DNA of 64,000 nt, taken from the NCBI GenBank assembly GCA_030704615.1, contig CM060733.1, forward strand, positions 14,012,001 to 14,076,000, read 5' to 3'. Below the pieces are notes generated by a model. That model ran no database searches. It was given only the letters and a program-made list of their open reading frames with translations, and was not told where the DNA came from. Source of the stretch: Takakia lepidozioides (taxonomy: Eukaryota; Plantae; Bryophyta). This document shows positions 60,536 through 64,000 of this stretch, in pieces. Positions within the stretch are counted from its first letter, which is position 1; the number at the start of each line of letters is the position of its first letter. The translations under genes and the position numbers were made by a program.

Positions 60536-63391
60536 ATTCTGTACAAAGCTACTTGTACAAATTTGTATTTAATTTTTGTGAATACAACATACCACTTTCA
60601 CTTTTCTGGACCAATGGATGATTTTGTATTCCACTTCCTTCCAACATTCATTTTTGCACCATCACAAATTTTAAGAAAGCTATGCAGTTTGATTCTTTGT
60701 TTTATTCACCCTTCACATGTTAACGTCAAATTTCAAAACGAAAGGCGGGTCCGCCCTTCAAATGATCTGGAAGATTTCAACGGAACAGGAAGATTTCATT
60801 CAAAAGGAGGAAGTACCTCGAGGGGGGTAGTCCAACTTGGAATAATGGTATGGCGGATTGGCACGTGTGGAAGAAACGACCGTTGTGACCGTTGCTGTAT
60901 GTACTATGTAGTCTCTCTCACGCGCGCACACTGCCCCATGCTGCCTCGCGCTGCTTGTCTTCCATCCTTGTCGCTGTGGACACACAAGTGAAATGTCAGA
61001 TTTCGGACAGTGATCTCTCTCGCTCTGTACCTCCATTGGGTGTTTGGTGTGCTTTCCTTCTGTTTGTGTCTCTACTATAATCATTGGGTTGTTTGGTGAG
61101 CTCTTCCCTTGTCTGTGGGTAGAATTGTCAGATCGATCATTCTTCTGTCTGTGGCACCCTCTGGTCTGTAGCGTGTTCTCTTCCTGCGTGTGCTCTGCCT
61201 TCGTTGGGCTCATTGGTGAGATCTCACCCTTGTGTGTGGGTTCCCACTGCCAAATCTCGTTGAACACCCTGCTCCACCAGTGTAGTCTCCAAACAGCTCA
61301 TTCTTTTCTCCCTGGCCGTCTTTTAGTGTCGCTGACGAGATTGGAGCGTAATAGGGTTAGGTGATGACAATCGCTAACGTTCAGCAGGTGAGCAAGTCAG
61401 CCTCGGAGGGTCTACATGCAAAATTTTCTGATCTGTGTGAGCACGAAGAACTGAGGGTTCAGGGGCGTCAAAGCAGGATTTCTAAGTTGGCTTCCAAGTC
61501 CCGACAGGCCACCAAATCTCTTCGCAGGTTTCACCTGCAGGAGAGAAAAAATGATGAGGTGCGAAGATAGTCTCGATCTGATAAAGGGGAAAGGAAAACG
61601 AGGGAGAGAGGAGTTGTACGACAAACTCATAGGATTTTCTCCGTGTCACGATTCCCTAGATTTCCTGTTGCAAATAGGCCTAGACTGTACGCACATTTTG
61701 GATGGAGCAAGAGGAGGAAGGTCGCAACGATGATTGTTTGTGCATGCGTGACTCAGTCTTTACGAATTGATGTTGCTGTGTGATTCAGGGACAGAGCTAA
61801 TAAAGTAAAATGTTGCATTTGACAGGGCCGATCTTCTTCCGTTGATGAAGAAGATCTCATGTTGTCTATCTTGCCTGTGAGATCTCAGACTTCTGTTGTC
61901 TATATGCGGAGGTTGAAAAGCTTCAAAACTCCGAAGTGGGTTGCGAAAACACCGCCACGACCTTCGACCTACCATGCCCCCGGAGTTGCTGACAAGGTAC
62001 CCAGCAACTTCTACAGTCTTGAATCCACCCTGCTTTCCATGCTATGCTAAGAGGTGACGGGAGGATTGTAGGACATTCTAGAATTCACCGCTATCTTTGT
62101 GTTAGTCCATACTGGTTCTAAGGCTTTCTCCGTTGCTCTTTGTTCAGTAGCCCTCAAAATTGTTTTCTGTTTTCCTCTCTCCAAAACAATATTCTGGTGC
62201 AATAGGAGGCTGCAGAATTGAGCTGCTCTTTGGATCAACCCAGTTAGCACCAGATCTTGATCGTACACTAAGCTTGTGGACGGTGTTTGTATGGTCTTCA
62301 GGTGCTGCAAATTTGTGGGGTTTCATGCGCCAACACAAGCAGATTCATCAATCTTCCAGCCTACTGATATTTCGCTAAGAGGTCGAGGCGGTGGGGGATA
62401 TTCTCCACCATAATGGAGCACGAATGATCTCCAAAGTGTATACAAGGGAATTCGGGCCCGCCGAGCAGACTCAGCTCCTCAATCCATTAGTCCTCCCTCG
62501 GGAAATATTGGAGGGTGGGTAGTTGATCTTGTAGGTATGTGGTTGTTTTGCCAACTCTACCCTGCAAAGGGAACAACGAGTTGGAGTTGGTTCCAACTTC
62601 CCCGTGAGTGTCTAGCTATCTCAAGGATTGCTAGTTAAGATCAGGGATCAGCCATCTTGGAGTGGTTGCAGGAATTAGGTGTTGAATAGCTTCAATTGAG
62701 GTGTGTTTTGAAGTAGTGTTGGTGTAATCAAGACACTTGATTGTGCCTACTAACTTAGCAGAGTCTTCACCCTCACTGTTGACCTGGACCCTAACTGGGG
62801 TTGCAGGAGGAACTGCTTCTTTGGGAAGAGCTGAGCAAGCAAGGCACTGTCATGACTCGCAGTAAGCCAGTGTGATTTATTTTTGGTAAACATTCAGGGC
62901 CGATTGCGCAGGGTTCACACTGCTTCTGGAACTTCTGCTATTGATGAGTGCTATGTGAATCATGATAGCCAGGGTGGGAAAAAGAAACAAGTGGATTACT
63001 TAACTTGCTAAGGCCAAAAATCCAGGGGTACCAAAGTCGAACAAATTTGGAGAACCACAGAAAATCAAAGAACAAATCAACCACCAAATGGTGCAGGAAG
63101 GCGATGTCACCTGCATGTAAAATGTTAGTTGCTGCCAAAATTGCAGTGTGTTCTTGGGCACTTTGCAATTTGTGCTTCTACCCTTGCAGCAAAAACAGAG
63201 AAACCTAAGGACCAAAGGTACACACTTACAGCCAAGATTGCACCAGAGACTCAGAAGAACTGCATGAAGAACTGGCATGAAAGAGGGTAATCAAATGGTA
63301 CTTCAACAAAAGCACCTATTTGCTTAATAGTGTGCCTCATGCAGATATGCTGCTAAGAAGCATTTCTGAAAGATTGGGTATCGCGGAGATT

Positions 63392-63637
63392 ATCCAACAG
63401 GTAAGTACAAGCTGACATCAAAATGCTGCATGCTGAGAGTGGGTTATGCTTAGGCACTCAAAAGAACGGCCTGGAGTTAGCTACATGGCCATACATGTTT
63501 AACCCTTAAACGGCAAGCCTACCCCTGCAAACCACCAGTGAAGAACATGTCATATCATTTCCAGTCAAAGCCAATGGAAGGCAGCCATTCGAGAATGTGA
63601 ATTTAGAATAGGCTCTTGCACACATTTTGTCATAACA
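63392..63637 (+). repeat. Paralogue of the splice donor and 5' part of the hairpin-loop intron (47546-47753)
   Basis: ATCCAACAG|GTAAGT.CAAGC.GACATCAAAATG...GAGAGTGGGTTATGCTTAGGCACTC...AACCCTTAAACGGCAAGCCT...GTGAAGAACATGTCATA...GAATTTAGAATAGGCTCTTGCACACAT is shared, with a ~38-nt insertion in this copy. Confidence 0.88.
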
Positions 63638-64000
63638 TAAGCCTAATTCAAGGTTATACATGCTTACACATACGGCGAGACTTCACACTTCCTACTCCAT
63701 ACTTCCGCCATGTAGATGTGTTCTTCCCTGCTTCAGGATGGTATATAATTGAGGCTAGAAAACACCTGCTCCCGGCGTTCTCACAGAGTATGAGCACCTC
63801 TCAGATCAAGGTCCCGCTTTACCAATAAAGCTTACTTTGAACAATCTAGCCCATTGAAACGCTTGCTTCACATTCTATTCCAACATCAATGCCATAAGAT
63901 GAAATGTCAGCCCTTACATCAATACTGAATCCCTTTCATAAGATTGTGCTAGTCTAGATTGATCGTGGGTGAGTTTTATGACATGGTAGATCAAAGACCC

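Noticed and set aside
61361-62900. Protein-coding gene downstream of a promoter-like region at ~60900-61350
   Set aside because: Only short ORFs with no recognisable domain and no consistent exon chain; may be a pseudogene or the 5' part of the non-coding transcript reaching 63400, but it cannot be supported.

Overview
Eukaryotic nuclear DNA, most likely from a non-seed land plant such as a moss or other bryophyte (inferred from GT-AG intron-rich genes and the transposon repertoire). Five host genes can be reconstructed by hand: a type-A cytokinin response regulator with an unusual N-terminal repeat array (starts upstream of the window, ends 3079), a CD2BP2/LIN1-like U5 snRNP protein with an OCRE tail (18167-22934), an ACOT9-like acyl-CoA thioesterase (24050-26783), the intronless 20S proteasome alpha-3 subunit PAC1 (28773-29525) and the 24-exon GARP subunit VPS53 (46664-36671, minus). 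The rest is mostly transposon-derived. Most notable observations: (1) head-to-head with VPS53, a ~290-bp inverted repeat whose loop appears to be a GT-AG intron (47243-48330), i.e. a candidate natural intron-spliced hairpin RNA gene, with a paralogous intron start at 63392; (2) a ~75-nt covarying structured RNA (GNRA, UNCG and loop-E motifs) forming the 3' end of an RLE-type LINE and also inserted alone with a 10-bp TSD; (3) a Ty3/Gypsy integrase ending in a PHD finger instead of a chromodomain; (4) a four-level TE nest (CRE LINE > Dualen-like LINE with a perfect 13-bp TSD > Tcn1-like chromovirus > other LTR elements); (5) a decayed Replitron HUH transposase. All gene models, alignments and structures were read by eye; no database searches were run.
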